Below are positions 24,598 to 36,990 of a stretch of 64,000 nucleotides of DNA, one piece after another (position 1 is the stretch's first letter; the number at the start of each line of letters is the position of its first letter). Source of the DNA: Nemertoderma westbladi (taxonomy: Eukaryota > Animalia > Xenacoelomorpha); assembly GCA_032718475.1 (NCBI GenBank), contig JAUCBJ010000472.1:1-64000 (forward strand), given 5' to 3'. The position numbers and the translations under genes were made by a program. The notes beneath the pieces were generated by a model. It saw only the letters and a program-made list of their open reading frames with translations, was not told where the DNA came from and made no database searches.

Positions 24598-26806
24598 TCA
24601 TGTAGTTTTCTGTAAGTCGGGCCCAGATCCTGTGGGGAAATTTTCCCAAAACGTTCTTCTGTTTACAGGCATTAGTGGGCATAGGTTGGTTATGATATCC
24701 TGCTTCTTATCGGCAGGAATTCCCTGAACTTTGCTCAAACAGCTAGGAAGTGACTCATTAAATTCTGGACAAATTGTACTTTTCAGTACTCGATGGCTTT
24801 TGTATTCGTTTTCTGTGTGACGCTCCTTCCAGAACAGCAAATCTGATCCTCATCGCACCTGAAGCAATACCATGTTTGCAAAATAAGGTCGACACGTGGA
24901 TTTGCCCAGATAATACTGGCTTACATTGTTTGGCCACTGCACTACCTGACTTGGGGATGTCATTTCTTTAACTTGACAACCTGCACTGCCAATGCATTCC
25001 GCCATATCAGTAAAATCATAGACTTTCCCCTTTGCTCGTAACTTTCTCTCAATAGTGGCATGTACTGAGTCACAAGCGTTCTGTGTGTATCCAGCTTTGA
25101 GGTATTTCAGTGTGATTGTTTCAGCACTGATCTCTGGGCCATTTACAGCACGAATCAGCAAACTAATAAGTGTCCAGTTCTTGTTTTGGTAACCACAGTT
25201 ATCTAGCCACAGCAGAATATCTGTCATGTCGCGCTTTTCGAGAAAATACAACCAGAATGCATTGGCAACATCACTGGCATCTCGACCAGTAACACCCTCA
25301 TGCCAGATGACCGAAAATGGCGTCCATTTCCCACGCAAGGGAGCAAAAGTTTCGTGAAACATTACAAGTCGACGTGTGAATAGGCAAATTTTAAATCCCT
25401 CCATCCTAGGTAACATAATCACCTTTTCCATATCAACGGCAGTGGCATTTATATTTTTCTCCCCATCATCCTTATATGCCGCCCTTGCCTCCTTGTATTT
25501 CATAACATGTATCAGGTTGGCAACACACTCGCTGCATTCAACTGCATTTTCTGCAGTTGCCTCCCTATTTTCATTCTCGCTTGTTTGACCAACTCGAATC
25601 TCATTCTTTTCTATATCAGTAGCTTTATTTCCCTGACAATTCTTCCCTTTTTTGTGTTGATCATATTCTTCACATGTTTCACATGTTCCATATTCTGTTC
25701 ACGGATTGTTCGGCAGTAAATCTCAATGCTGCATTTAAAATGTTTTTCCTCAAAATCTGAATGCATAATTTCCGTTGTACAGTCTTCCGGCAGATATCGT
25801 CTGTTCGGAGCATGTTCTCGCCTATAATGAGGAGCACAAGAAGGGTGGTACGTTTCAATGTGTTGAACAATCTTCTCAGTGTCCAACTTGTTTGGTGGAC
25901 TGTGGCGACCACGTCGATCCGGTGCTGGAAGCAAACTGGTTGATAAGCCAGGATTCCTTCTAACAACATCTCCGTCTGAATTCAGTGTCTGTAGAGCTGA
26001 AGTAATTGGCTTATCATTATTAGGCTTATAGCCCAGTGTTGTCAAAAAAAATTTCCTGCAGACAGTTAAACCTTTGAAGCGGTATTCCAGCGTTTGGGAT
26101 CGTCTTGAATCACTTGATCCAGGCTGCTTTTTGGCTTTGGAAAGAACACTTGTTCTTATCCAAAGACGTCGCTCTATTACACCCAAGAGCCATTAATCTT
26201 TATTAATTTGTACTCGATCAACTTCAGTAATTTTTGTACGACACTTTTGGTAACACGATGTCGAACATGGAGGCAAGACTTCATGCTTACTGCGATCACG
26301 AACTTGCCGTTCTTCGATTGTATTTGCTCGTTTTTTTTCGGCTGTCCCTTTGGAGCACGCTTTCTATTCTCGGTAACAAAATTGGCGGCTTCCACCTCGG
26401 CCGCCTCTCGGTCATCGGCAATCTCACCTGATTGATCATTTACAATCTAACCCGGTTCCTTGCCAATGTCACCGCTAGTCCCACTCTCACATGTTTGATT
26501 GTTAACATTCTCATCAACCGGTGGTTGGTTACTAATTGTGCCTGTTCGGTCGATATCAGTCTCAATGCCCCGATTAGGCCTATCAGGAGTCTTTAATTGG
26601 ATACCCTTTTTAGGTCGTTTTTTTGGACGTCTGTGGATGCCGGCCAGCATTTCCAACTCTTCCAAACTAGCATATCTTCCATCGTACTCATCACTCAAGG
26701 ACTCATCACTAGACTGATCACTCCAGTTGGGATTATAATCCTCATCACTATTGGTAGATCGAGAAGTACCGGTGGCCATCATGAACAAAGAAATTTTTAC
26801 TAACAA
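24598..26806 (-). mobile_element. Sola-like DDD transposase pseudogene
   Basis: VCRKFFLTTLG, DRRGRH, HYRR..RRYL, VDMEKV, WHEG..GR, WLDNCGYQNKN, YLKAGYTQNACDSVH; fragmented into several ORFs. Confidence 0.78.
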
Positions 26807-27081
26807 TCAGTTTTTAGTCAGTTCTGGTAAATACAACCAGTAGAACCAAATTGACAATGAATCAAATGCTGAAATCTGGCTGTTTGTCTATTTGCAATGC
26901 AGATTGATAAAAAGTTAAAAGTACAGTTACAGGCCTAGGTTTACATTGTAGTCATCTAGTTGTACAGCTCTTGTATGGCTCTTAGATGGCATGGGTTGAA
27001 TTTCCCGCTGAAAATCTTAACCATACTACTGTATTCAGTAAACTATAAAAGTTACTGCTGTTTACCTTACTATCTAACTAA

Positions 27082-27700
27082 GTTTGTCAGTCAATCTGTC
27101 TGTCAAAATACAATATGACACCATACAATGCTAAAACCCTGAGAATGTCTGTTTTCTTGGACTCTGACTTCATTTACGGTATCAGTTTTCATGTTTGGCA
27201 GCATTTTTACTGTTTTATGTCTGTCCGTTTGTCAGTCGATAGGTCTGTCAAAATACAATATGAAACCCTACAAAGCTAAATTCCTGGGAATGTCTGCTTT
27301 CTTGGACTCTGACTTAATTTACGGTATCAGTTTTCATGTTTGGCAGCATTTGTAAAGATTGTATGTCTGTCCGTTTGTCAGTCGATCTGTCTATCAAAAT
27401 ACAATATGACACCCTACAAAGCTTAAATCCTGGAAATGTCTGTTTTCATGGTCTCTGAATTAATTTATGGTATCAGTTTTGATGTTTGGCAGCATTTGTA
27501 AAGTTTGTAAGTCTGTCCGTTTGTCAGTTGATATGTCTGTCAAAATACAATATGACAACCTATAAAGCTTAGATCTTGGCAATGGCCGTTTTTTTGGACT
27601 CTGACTTAATTTACGGTATCAGTTTTCATTTTTGGTAGTATTTGTACAGTTTGTATGTCTGTCCGTTTATCTGTCAATATGTTTGTCAAAATATATTTTA
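27082..27700. repeat. about 146-bp tandem repeat, about 4.3 copies
   Basis: gtttgtcagtc-type anchor at 27082, 27227, 27373, 27519 and 27665. Confidence 0.9.
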
Positions 27701-28489
27701 ACATACCAACATAAATATTCGATATGTGCTTTTTATTGTTCTCTGATTTCATTCCATATCAAGTATCCGGTCAATACGGTCCCAAAACACTAAATTAATG
27801 GGACCGAATTAACCGGGATTGAATTGTCCTGATTCCGTTTTCTTGGTGTCTGCCTTATTTTCGATGTCTGGCAATCCGTATGTTAAATTATATTATATCG
27901 CACCACATAGTTAAAATCTTATGAGGTTTACCTGGTCTCCGATTTCATTACCGATGTTAGTATTATTGATTGGCAGCAATGAAACTGTTTGTATGCTATG
28001 TCAGTATTGATGTTCAGACAGACAAACAAATAGAAAGAGACTAGATTCCGCCAAATTTAATTAATATCTGACACTAGAAATGAAGTCGTCATCCAGGAAA
28101 TCCCAAATAATGTCGAATATTTTAGAACAACGTCGTCGTTGTTCTATTTTAGATTGTTGGTATGCCGTCTAACATTTTGATGGACAAACCAACATGATGG
28201 ACATGTAAAGATAGCTAGCTAGCTACAGTATTATAACACGAGAAATAAAAGATATGTGGTGAGGCCATTTTCACCTACCTATGGCATTGTCATTAATGAT
28301 TAAATCTAGCAATCTAGGAAATCCAAGAGAACATTTATTTGTCTAAAAAGGTAAAGCCTCTTAAGCCAAAAAATTTGGCATAGAAACCCATAATTTCAAT
28401 TATCTTCAATTTGTTCGAAATATGATTGTAGAAATATTTTGTCAAATTTTACATGAAAATCCTAAGAGACACGAACAAACATAAAATAA

Positions 28490-28870
28490 ATCATACAGCC
28501 GCTATAAAGTCCATCTATTACCTGATTGCTTATGGCTGCATGTTTTATTTTATCATTTAATTTGCATCCATAATCCCACAGTGGGCGCAAATGGCCTTAT
28601 GGCTGCAGGGTAAATTATTTCCATGCAGCCATAAGTTTCAGCTAAATATATAATACTGTATAACATAATTTACATAACCAATTGTGCCAGATATATGGTT
28701 CCTCCAATTCCCTATCGGGAAATATGAAGCCATAAGCCCGGTCATTTCTTATGGCTGCATGTGACCACAAGGCCATTTTTGTGACCATAAGGCCATTGTC
28801 TTATATATGATGCAGCCATAAGACTTCACCCAATCGGGTAAAACCGGCATTATGGCTGCATGTGAGATAC
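28490..28870. repeat. cluster of cttatggctgca motifs in both orientations
   Basis: forward copies at about 28529, 28597, 28748, 28851; inverted copies at about 28563, 28624, 28726, 28811. Confidence 0.75.
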
Positions 28871-30620
28871 ATTATACTGGTATATAATATTTAACCTAAC
28901 ATGTCTGCCTCAGGCTAATAATACAGTAATAATATATACCATTTACAGCTTATACGACACACCGAGGATACCAGACAGGTACCGGTACCTCAGAGCACAA
29001 TTAGCTAGTGGTTAGAGTACCGGTACCATCCTGATCCCTCGCATATTTGTATCAAATCGTAACGGTTGGATTTACTTACAGACTGTGAGCGCTGAGTAGT
29101 CTTCCGGAGTGAAGCGAGGCGTTCACCGTCCCCATGATTCCTAACGGTACCAGTACCGGCAGATTGACTGTTGATAGGCCCAGAGCGTTCGGAACATCGT
29201 CCAAGTCTTGATTCGAATCGGTTCGCTGGTCGGCGTGATCTTGGCAAAGATTATGCTATTCAGGGAATAAGTAGCGTAAATTAGCTTCTCTTGTTCCCAT
29301 CATCTGGAATTCTTTGCATACAGATCTTATAAATAAAAAATCAAAATATACTTTTGTTTCGTCATTATAAAAACATATATTTAATACTTTATAACTAGTT
29401 TGTTGCCTCCTTAAAATTGTAATATTGAATTGTTAATATTGTTTGGAAATAAGTAACCTTGACTATATTATCAATTGTTAACTTGTTTGTTCATCTTTCT
29501 CGTGGTCCACATTACATACTCTATATCATCATCGGTATTTTTTCAAAATCATATTAACCGTTGACGTCATTTTCCATAAACCGAAAAAACACCTAGAAAA
29601 ATCTGAAATTAGTGAAGTAGAGCCAAACAAATCCCATTGAACTATAAATTTTATTGTCGATTTGATAAAATACAAGTAAAGTATAGAAAATTGCATTAAA
29701 TGTGTTTAATTAATAAATTTGGCGTTTATGTTGTTTTGAAAATACTTAGTATATCTAAATTTTTTAAAAGCATTTATTTTTGTATCATTAGCGCCAATAA
29801 ACAATACTGATAATATTACATATATCAGTATTGGATATCAAGAATACAATTTTTAGATTGATAAATATAAGAGTGTTTAGACAATTTATATTTCAATTAT
29901 TAAACATCAGAATCATCTTCATCTGTTTCATTCGACCTATTCGTGACAGAATTGAGTTATTATAACTTTTTGTTGGGCACACTTTTTGCAAAGTCGGCAA
30001 TGACGCCAATAATAAAGAATTGAGTGAGACCATTCGTTCATATTATTCCGAGCAATCGAAAGGTGGAATTACTCCCTTTCCGCAGAGTTTCATTAACCAT
30101 TTACTGCAGGAATTATGAAACCTTCGTAAAAAAAAATAGTTTTTGGTCCGATTTTACTGCATTACACATAAATAACATAAAAAATATAACTATATAACAC
30201 TTAAAACATTATTTTCACGAAAATTTTATTTGGTATTGTATTCGATACAAAGGGCAAAAAGTTACATTTATATTTCGTTTTTTAACAAATATATCGATTG
30301 TATCAACTTTGAAACATAATAAATTTATTTGGAATCGTAGACATATAATGGTGTATTAGTCATTTAGGGGAATACATTTAGGTTACGAGTCATGTTACAA
30401 CTGTGTTACCAGTTACCTCTACAACTGGTCTACGAATGAGGTTACAAATTGGTAATGTGTGAGGTTACAAGTAAACTGGAACTGGTTTATAACGAGGTTA
30501 CCACTGGGTTAACTGTTAGAGTTACAGTTAGGTCACGAGTGCGTTCTCGGACACGATTCTTACACCAAAATACAACAACAAACATCTCTCCCACCATTGT
30601 TCTATATTATAATATTCGTA

Positions 30621-31922
30621 CTAGTCAACATGACAGCTAAATATGAAAACCGCCAACAGAGCCAAAAGAAAAGGTAAACCCATCAGGCTGAGAAGCGAAC
30701 AAGCGATTTCCATGCCAAAATAATCATTGAGAAATCCGCCAAAAACGGAACCAATGACACCGCCGACAGAGAATGCAATTCGCATCATTTGTTGGAGAAG
30801 AGATCTTGTGTCAACATTATCTGGATAACCGCAAACATTCAGAGACAGTTGTGTTTGTGTTTCCAGTCCAGGAGTTAGGTATAATCCAGCACCAAATCCA
30901 AAGAGAACGCATCCAGAGATAGAGATATCGAGATTATGTGGTAAACCCAGTAGTTCGGTTGGACCTATTAGTTGCATTGATACTGCTAGTAATGTTACAC
31001 CGAAAATCGTTGGTATGATAGGTTTCAATTTGTTCATCATTAACGATATTATAAGACCTGTGGCTGTTTGAATAGCCGGAAATATCACATATATACCACC
31101 AATAATGTACTGGTTGACATTGTAGTGCTGATGAATATACAAGGCATAGTTCGCACCAGTATAAGCTACCGCCATTATAAAATATATATTCAAAATGAAT
31201 ATAAGTGTGATTCCAGTATTCAACAAAACTCCAATATATGTTGGTCTGTCTTGCGATTCACTTCTGTCCTCAATATCAACTGGCGACTCCATCCAGCAGT
31301 AAAGGACGATAATGAGAAACATCAATCCTGATATTATAAATGGAAACTCAAAACCGAGTGCAGCAAAAACTGTTGAACCGAAAGCAGGGGAAATCATGTA
31401 TCCCACGCCATCAGCAATAACTGCTAGACTAGCTAATAAGGTTCGTTTTTGTGGCCACAATTCCATCAATAGACTGTATGAATACATAAAACTAATGTTC
31501 AGACCAATCGCTTCAATTATGCGCAGAGAAAAACATGCGATTATGTAAAATCCACTGCTGTTCGGGATGTATTCAACAAACCCAAATGCCAACTGAGAAA
31601 CTGCCCCAATAACACCAAATAGGCCCAAAGAGATGCGAGTCCCCCAATTGTTGATTGAATAAGGGCAACTAATGTATATGATAAGTCTGATAATAGCAAA
31701 TGTTGCTAGTAGTGCACCAATCAGAGTCTTCGACCAACCACGCCCTTCTGCAACAATCGGGAAAAAGGTCTCCAATAGATTATTACACCAACCTGGTATC
31801 ATTTGATACAACAGCAACATGATCACCAACAAATATAGTCTCCAGCCACTTCTATGGCCAGTCTGATATGCACCAAATTTATCTGAATGACAAGAGTTAA
31901 TGGGAGCAGCTTCAGTAGACAT
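30621..31922 (-). CDS. MFS transporter, SLC18B1/vesicular amine transporter-like, intronless, 433 aa
   Basis: about 12 hydrophobic segments; FFPIVAEGRGWS, LRIIEAIG, GYMISPAFGS..GFEFPF, GGFLNDYFG; uninterrupted ORF from ATG to stop. Confidence 0.88.
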   Translation of the reverse strand: MSTEAAPINSCHSDKFGAYQTGHRSGWRLYLLVIMLLLYQMIPGWCNNLLETFFPIVAEGRGWSKTLIGALLATFAIIRLIIYISCPYSINNWGTRISLGLFGVIGAVSQLAFGFVEYIPNSSGFYIIACFSLRIIEAIGLNISFMYSYSLLMELWPQKRTLLASLAVIADGVGYMISPAFGSTVFAALGFEFPFIISGLMFLIIVLYCWMESPVDIEDRSESQDRPTYIGVLLNTGITLIFILNIYFIMAVAYTGANYALYIHQHYNVNQYIIGGIYVIFPAIQTATGLIISLMMNKLKPIIPTIFGVTLLAVSMQLIGPTELLGLPHNLDISISGCVLFGFGAGLYLTPGLETQTQLSLNVCGYPDNVDTRSLLQQMMRIAFSVGGVIGSVFGGFLNDYFGMEIACSLLSLMGLPFLLALLAVFIFSCHVD

Positions 31923-32077
31923 CTTGTAGACCTATCTGGCGTCGTTCTTATGGTTGACTAATGTATTTAAAAGTATTTTCATATATAAATAATAATTATA
32001 CTGTATATTAACGGGTAAGGGAGCCCGGGGTACTCATTTTACCTATACCAAGTATATATTTTGTGCTAGACACAAAA

Positions 32078-32425
32078 ATTAATCAGGGACATAAATATTA
32101 ATGAGTCACACAAACATTAATAAGGGAAACAAATATTAATGAGGGACACAAATATTAATGAGGGACACAAACGTTAATGAGGGACACAAACATTAATGAG
32201 GGACACAAACATTAATGAGGGACACAAATATTAATGAGGGACACAAACATTAAAGAGGGACACAAACATTAATGAGGGACACAAACATTAATGAGGGACA
32301 CAAATATTAATGAGGGAAACAATCATTAATCAGGGACACAAACATTAATGAGGGACACAAACATTAATGAGGGACACAAATATTAATGAGGGACACAAAC
32401 ATTAAAGAGGGATACAAATTAAGGG
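32078..32425. repeat. 19-bp minisatellite (attaatgagggacacaaac), about 18 copies
   Basis: direct inspection. Confidence 0.95.
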
Positions 32426-32444
32426 AAAACTTATCTGCCAGGGC

Positions 32445-33220
32445 AGTCTGCTCGCCTTGTCGCATTGGCGACCCTAGTGTTATGGTATTAAATGAAGCTA
32501 GTCTAGTGACTTTTCTCAGATTCACCAAAGAAAGGCTTGGTATGTCGGGGTGGAACATGAGAGTAGCCTCCAACTCCGGAATCCCTATCCCCCTCACAAT
32601 CTGGCCTCCCTGGCCCTGGTGACCCAGGGTTTGGGCCAGAAAGGTCATCAGGAAAGGGACTTTCAGAATTGTTGACCGCTCTCTCACCGGTAGGGGATAA
32701 GTCAGGCAGCCGGTCAGGAGATAACCGATGCCTGTGAGCACCAATTGTGTCCGGTAGTTCCACTGGCCTCTAGTGACCGGACTTAGGCATTACTAATGTA
32801 TTCCATAGTGAAGGTTGGTGGGTGCTTTTTTGCCGAGTCAGCAGCTTTCGGGGCAAATACCACACCCTGGTTTGCCATTCCACAGGGAGGGTATCGCAGT
32901 TGAGTCAGATATGGAGTCAGTCCATCACCCATACCTACTCTAAAGTACATGACCTACCATAGTCTATTTTGCTAACCTGCATAGACATGCAGGTGCATGT
33001 CTGCTGCCAGGTGCAGGTCGCAGTATATTGCACACAAATTGGAGATGAGAACACTCCTGACCAGCCATTATTGGTAGATTGCAATTTGCTTGGTTAGGCC
33101 ATATAAAACCCCTGCAGCCGAGTATATGGGTCATTAACCCAGAACCAAGAGTGTTCCTATCCCAGAACGAAGGGGGTCCTTGTTACAGGACCAGATTATG
33201 CCCTTAGTCAGATAATGAAT
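32445..33220 (-). mobile_element. probable 5' UTR and start of the AP-endonuclease ORF of an RTE-type LINE
   Basis: GC-richer block; minus-strand RLASFNTITLGSPMRQGE resembles the APE N-terminal (I/L)A(S/T)(F/W)N.RTL motif; truncated at the minisatellite. Confidence 0.5.
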
Positions 33221-34399
33221 GCCATGCTTTATTTATATTAATGACATATTCTGCACCAGTTTTTCCTTCATAAAACGTGACTGAAACCTGAAGTCTTTGA
33301 CAACTGTGGTAGTCACACTGTTAGTACTTTATTGTCTGGTTCGTTAATTATTACGAATAAAGAGTCAAAAATTAAAGTGGGTGTGTCTCGGTCCTTAGTT
33401 CCCCGTGGTGTAACTCGAAAAGGTTGCACTAAAATAAGACCTCATGTAATATACTGTACAGGTTGGAAAATATTTGGGTAAGTATTACACCGGTAATAAT
33501 TATTCCGTCCGAGCCGGGAAATATTTGTCAATTTAAAGTCTGGCACCCATGCGTGAAGAATAACAGGTTTTTAGTTTTCGGTTGAAATTTTACTGAAATT
33601 TTATATATAAAGAATTTCATATTTTTTTATTACTCCTAATTGTGTTTTTTTGCGTTTATTTCCAACTTATAATTTGTTATGTTATGACGATGATTATATA
33701 TATATTTCATCCCAGAATGCCATATAGTATACAGTAGGTACAGTATCTACAGTATTGTGCGGTCAATTGTATACTGGTATAGCTGAACTGAATGTACTAA
33801 AGCACAAAATTTAAGTATAATATTATTGTATAGATATCAATACTATACTAATGCTATAACCATACTACCGGTATCTGACGAGTGATGTTTTTTAGTTAAA
33901 CTATTAATTTAATTCAAACTTATATGAGTAAAACATGATAAATTGTTTACTCCACTAATAGCGGCATACTTATTTGGTCTGTATGGGATTTATCAGTGCA
34001 GTGCAATGTTAGCCATTATAATAATCTTAATGAATACAACCGCCACCGGGGCGTAATCCAGGAATGAAATGAATGAATGAAAGTAAACATAAAAAATATA
34101 CTTATAAAACTTAGGGGGTAGAGGCCCCAGTGGGCCAAGTTGGCCAAAATACCCCAAAAGTTACTTCGTTAATTGTATCTGTAAACTAGCCCATGTTGAA
34201 GAGTATATTTGAAATCATGGAAAAAATAATTTCGATTTTAAAAATTGGTCTTGTTTCACAAGATTTAGGTCAAAAATATCGAAATGTTGGAATTTTTTTT
34301 GAAAAAAATAGAAAAATTAAAAAAATATTTTTTTTTTCAAATTGTTATTGGTACATATCAAGCTGAAAGCGAAAAACACACTTGTGAGTCTTTCAAAGG

Positions 34400-35640
34400 A
34401 ATAATAAAAAACCATAAACAAGAAAGAAGAACAAGAAATTGTTTATAGTTTTCATAGACTTTAGTAAGGCTATGACCGTGTACCCCAAAATATATTAATT
34501 AATGAACTGAAAGCCTTAAGATGCGGTCATAGAATGCTACTCATTATTAAAGCACCATATAGTGGTACAAAAAGTTTACTGAAAACAACAATTGTCCTAA
34601 CTCCTATAGGTGTTCGCCAGAGCGCGCCCTCTAGCAGAATCTTTTTTTGTATGTACCTGAACAAGATGGTGTTAATGATAACTGAATCAGTTTTAGTTGA
34701 TAGGTTTTTGGGTGCGATTTCACTATTGCTCTTTATGGATGATTCTGTTATCTTTTCGACATCGAGAAATAATTGTATATTTAAACTCCAAGCATTAGTA
34801 AATATTTGTGATATTTCTGGCATGGTCATCAATGTCATCATTTGCAATTAATGGCAATGACGAGGATAAACAGACATTTACTTTCGGTGATGTTACTATC
34901 AGTCATTGTGAACACTATACATACCTCGGTTCTCTATTCACTGCAGATGGTAAAATGAAAATTGTTCTAAAAATACATGAGGCCCTAAGCGAACGGACGG
35001 TGAACAAGTTCAATATATTCTCTTCGAAGAACACTTCCATACCTTTTGCGTTAAAGAGACAAGTGTTTGATTCATTTGTGATTACTTCAGTTATTTATGG
35101 ATCTGAAGCCGGGCTGGTTGATAATATTAAAATAATGGAAAAGATCTATACAAGACTTGTGAAAACACTGTGATGTGTCGATCAGCAAGCACTCCTGGTT
35201 TCCGTTTTTTAACTGATTCCTTAGAGTATAACTACGCTGATCCTCTTGAAGTCGTTTGCAAACGAATTCTATATAAACCGTCTACAGCGACAACGTTTGT
35301 GACATACCGTACTCCAATAAATCCAGATCTATCGGTCCATCCCGTACACAGCTGCTGTAAACCGTTCATTCCAGATAATCTAAGGGTTAACCGGCTGCGG
35401 TTAATGACCCACAAACTGAAAGTTGAAACTGGTCGTTGGAGCCGTATACCAGCTGACCAAAGAGTATGCGCATGTGACAATACATCGATCCAAAATGAAC
35501 CGCACGTCTTGATCACCTGTCCGATGTCTGAAAATTTCCGACATAACTACACATGCCTACATTTTTCAAGCATGATAAATTTGTTTTAGGTTAAGGACCT
35601 AAAGAACTTATGTTATTATATTTAATATTTATTGAAGCTA
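34400..35640 (+). mobile_element. degenerate LINE RT 3' half (RTEX-like)
   Basis: FIDFSKA, IGVRQ, LLFMDD, YTYLG, IYGSE, RLRLMTHKLKVETGRW..CAC..NEPHVLITCP. Confidence 0.8.
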
Positions 35641-36990
35641 TTTGAATAACAGTTTTTAGACATTAATAATGTCTATTTTTCCTTATATTTTGTTAATGGT
35701 TAGTCATCTGTTGAAACTCTTGCTGTACTACTATAATAATATGAGTTGTATAATGATAAAAACCTTATTGATGTGGCATAAAATCGTGCATTTTAATTAA
35801 TATTATAGAGTAAGAAATACAGTAAAGTAAAATCTATCTTTTACTGTAACATTTTTTTCTTTTTTTTTAGTTTATTACAAAAATATTATTAAACATTGGT
35901 ATTAATTTCCTGACTCCAATTCACAACATAAATTATTTATTATGCAATTCAACAATCAAAGGAAGAAACTAGCTGTGAAACAAAACAATGACGAACAGGA
36001 AACAACAAGACACCAAAAACACTACCACAATTAAATAAATAAAATCAAGAAATACAAACTAAGAAAAATATATACAAGAAATAAAACATTGAATTATCAG
36101 TGTTCAGGACCCCGACAGATCCCGTTATATAGTACAATTAATTAGTTGGTTATAAATGTGTCTAAAATAAAGTCGAGTGAATGATGAAATTGAGAGTTGA
36201 TTAAATGATGGAAGATGATTTCGAATATAAAGTGGAATATATGCGAGAATTGTCGTGTTAATATAATGTTTTCATGGTGTACTAATTAAAGATTAATATA
36301 ATATTGCAAGGTAATAATAATAATGATTGGTCGTGTAAAATATATTCCCCATAGAAAGTAATGATGGGCGTGTAAGTAACTACCATAGCCCAACTGAATT
36401 TGAGTTTAAGTTTGTGATTGAAATATATGGAAGATTAAATGATATGGCGAATTGGATGTACGGCAATTTAAATAAAATAAATAAATAATTAGTTTCTTAG
36501 GAAACATTAAAGAAACAAATGCTAATTTATTTTCAGTTTATTTGTATATTTTCATGTTTATTTGTTTGATTTGAATAGGAATGCTTTCTTTGTTGTGGAA
36601 TATAATCGGCGTATTGCTGGGTTGAAAGGGGCTGTCGACTGTATATATAATATTAGGATAAAAATTAGGGTTGGCAGGTTGGCGAACACCAATAATACAA
36701 AAAATATACATTTAGGGCATTCTAAAAATAGATAAAATAAATAGATAGATAACTAATTAAAATATAAATAAACAATAATCATAAGGTGTCAAGGTGGGTG
36801 GCCTCGTTCCCACATAACCTGCACCCACAAGAATCAGTATCATAATTAGTTTATCAATATGTAATGCTGAAACACAGGATACAGGTCGAAGAATGTCGAT
36901 TTTCCTCTGGAGAGGTATAATTTTGATTGCATCAATAATATTCATCCCCATCTGCTACAATTTGAAGAAAACTATTATTACATAATAATA

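Noticed and set aside
29075-29325. Minus-strand exon with GTAAGT donor
   Set aside because: All frames from the best acceptor contain stops and no homology was recognised; it could still be a UTR exon.
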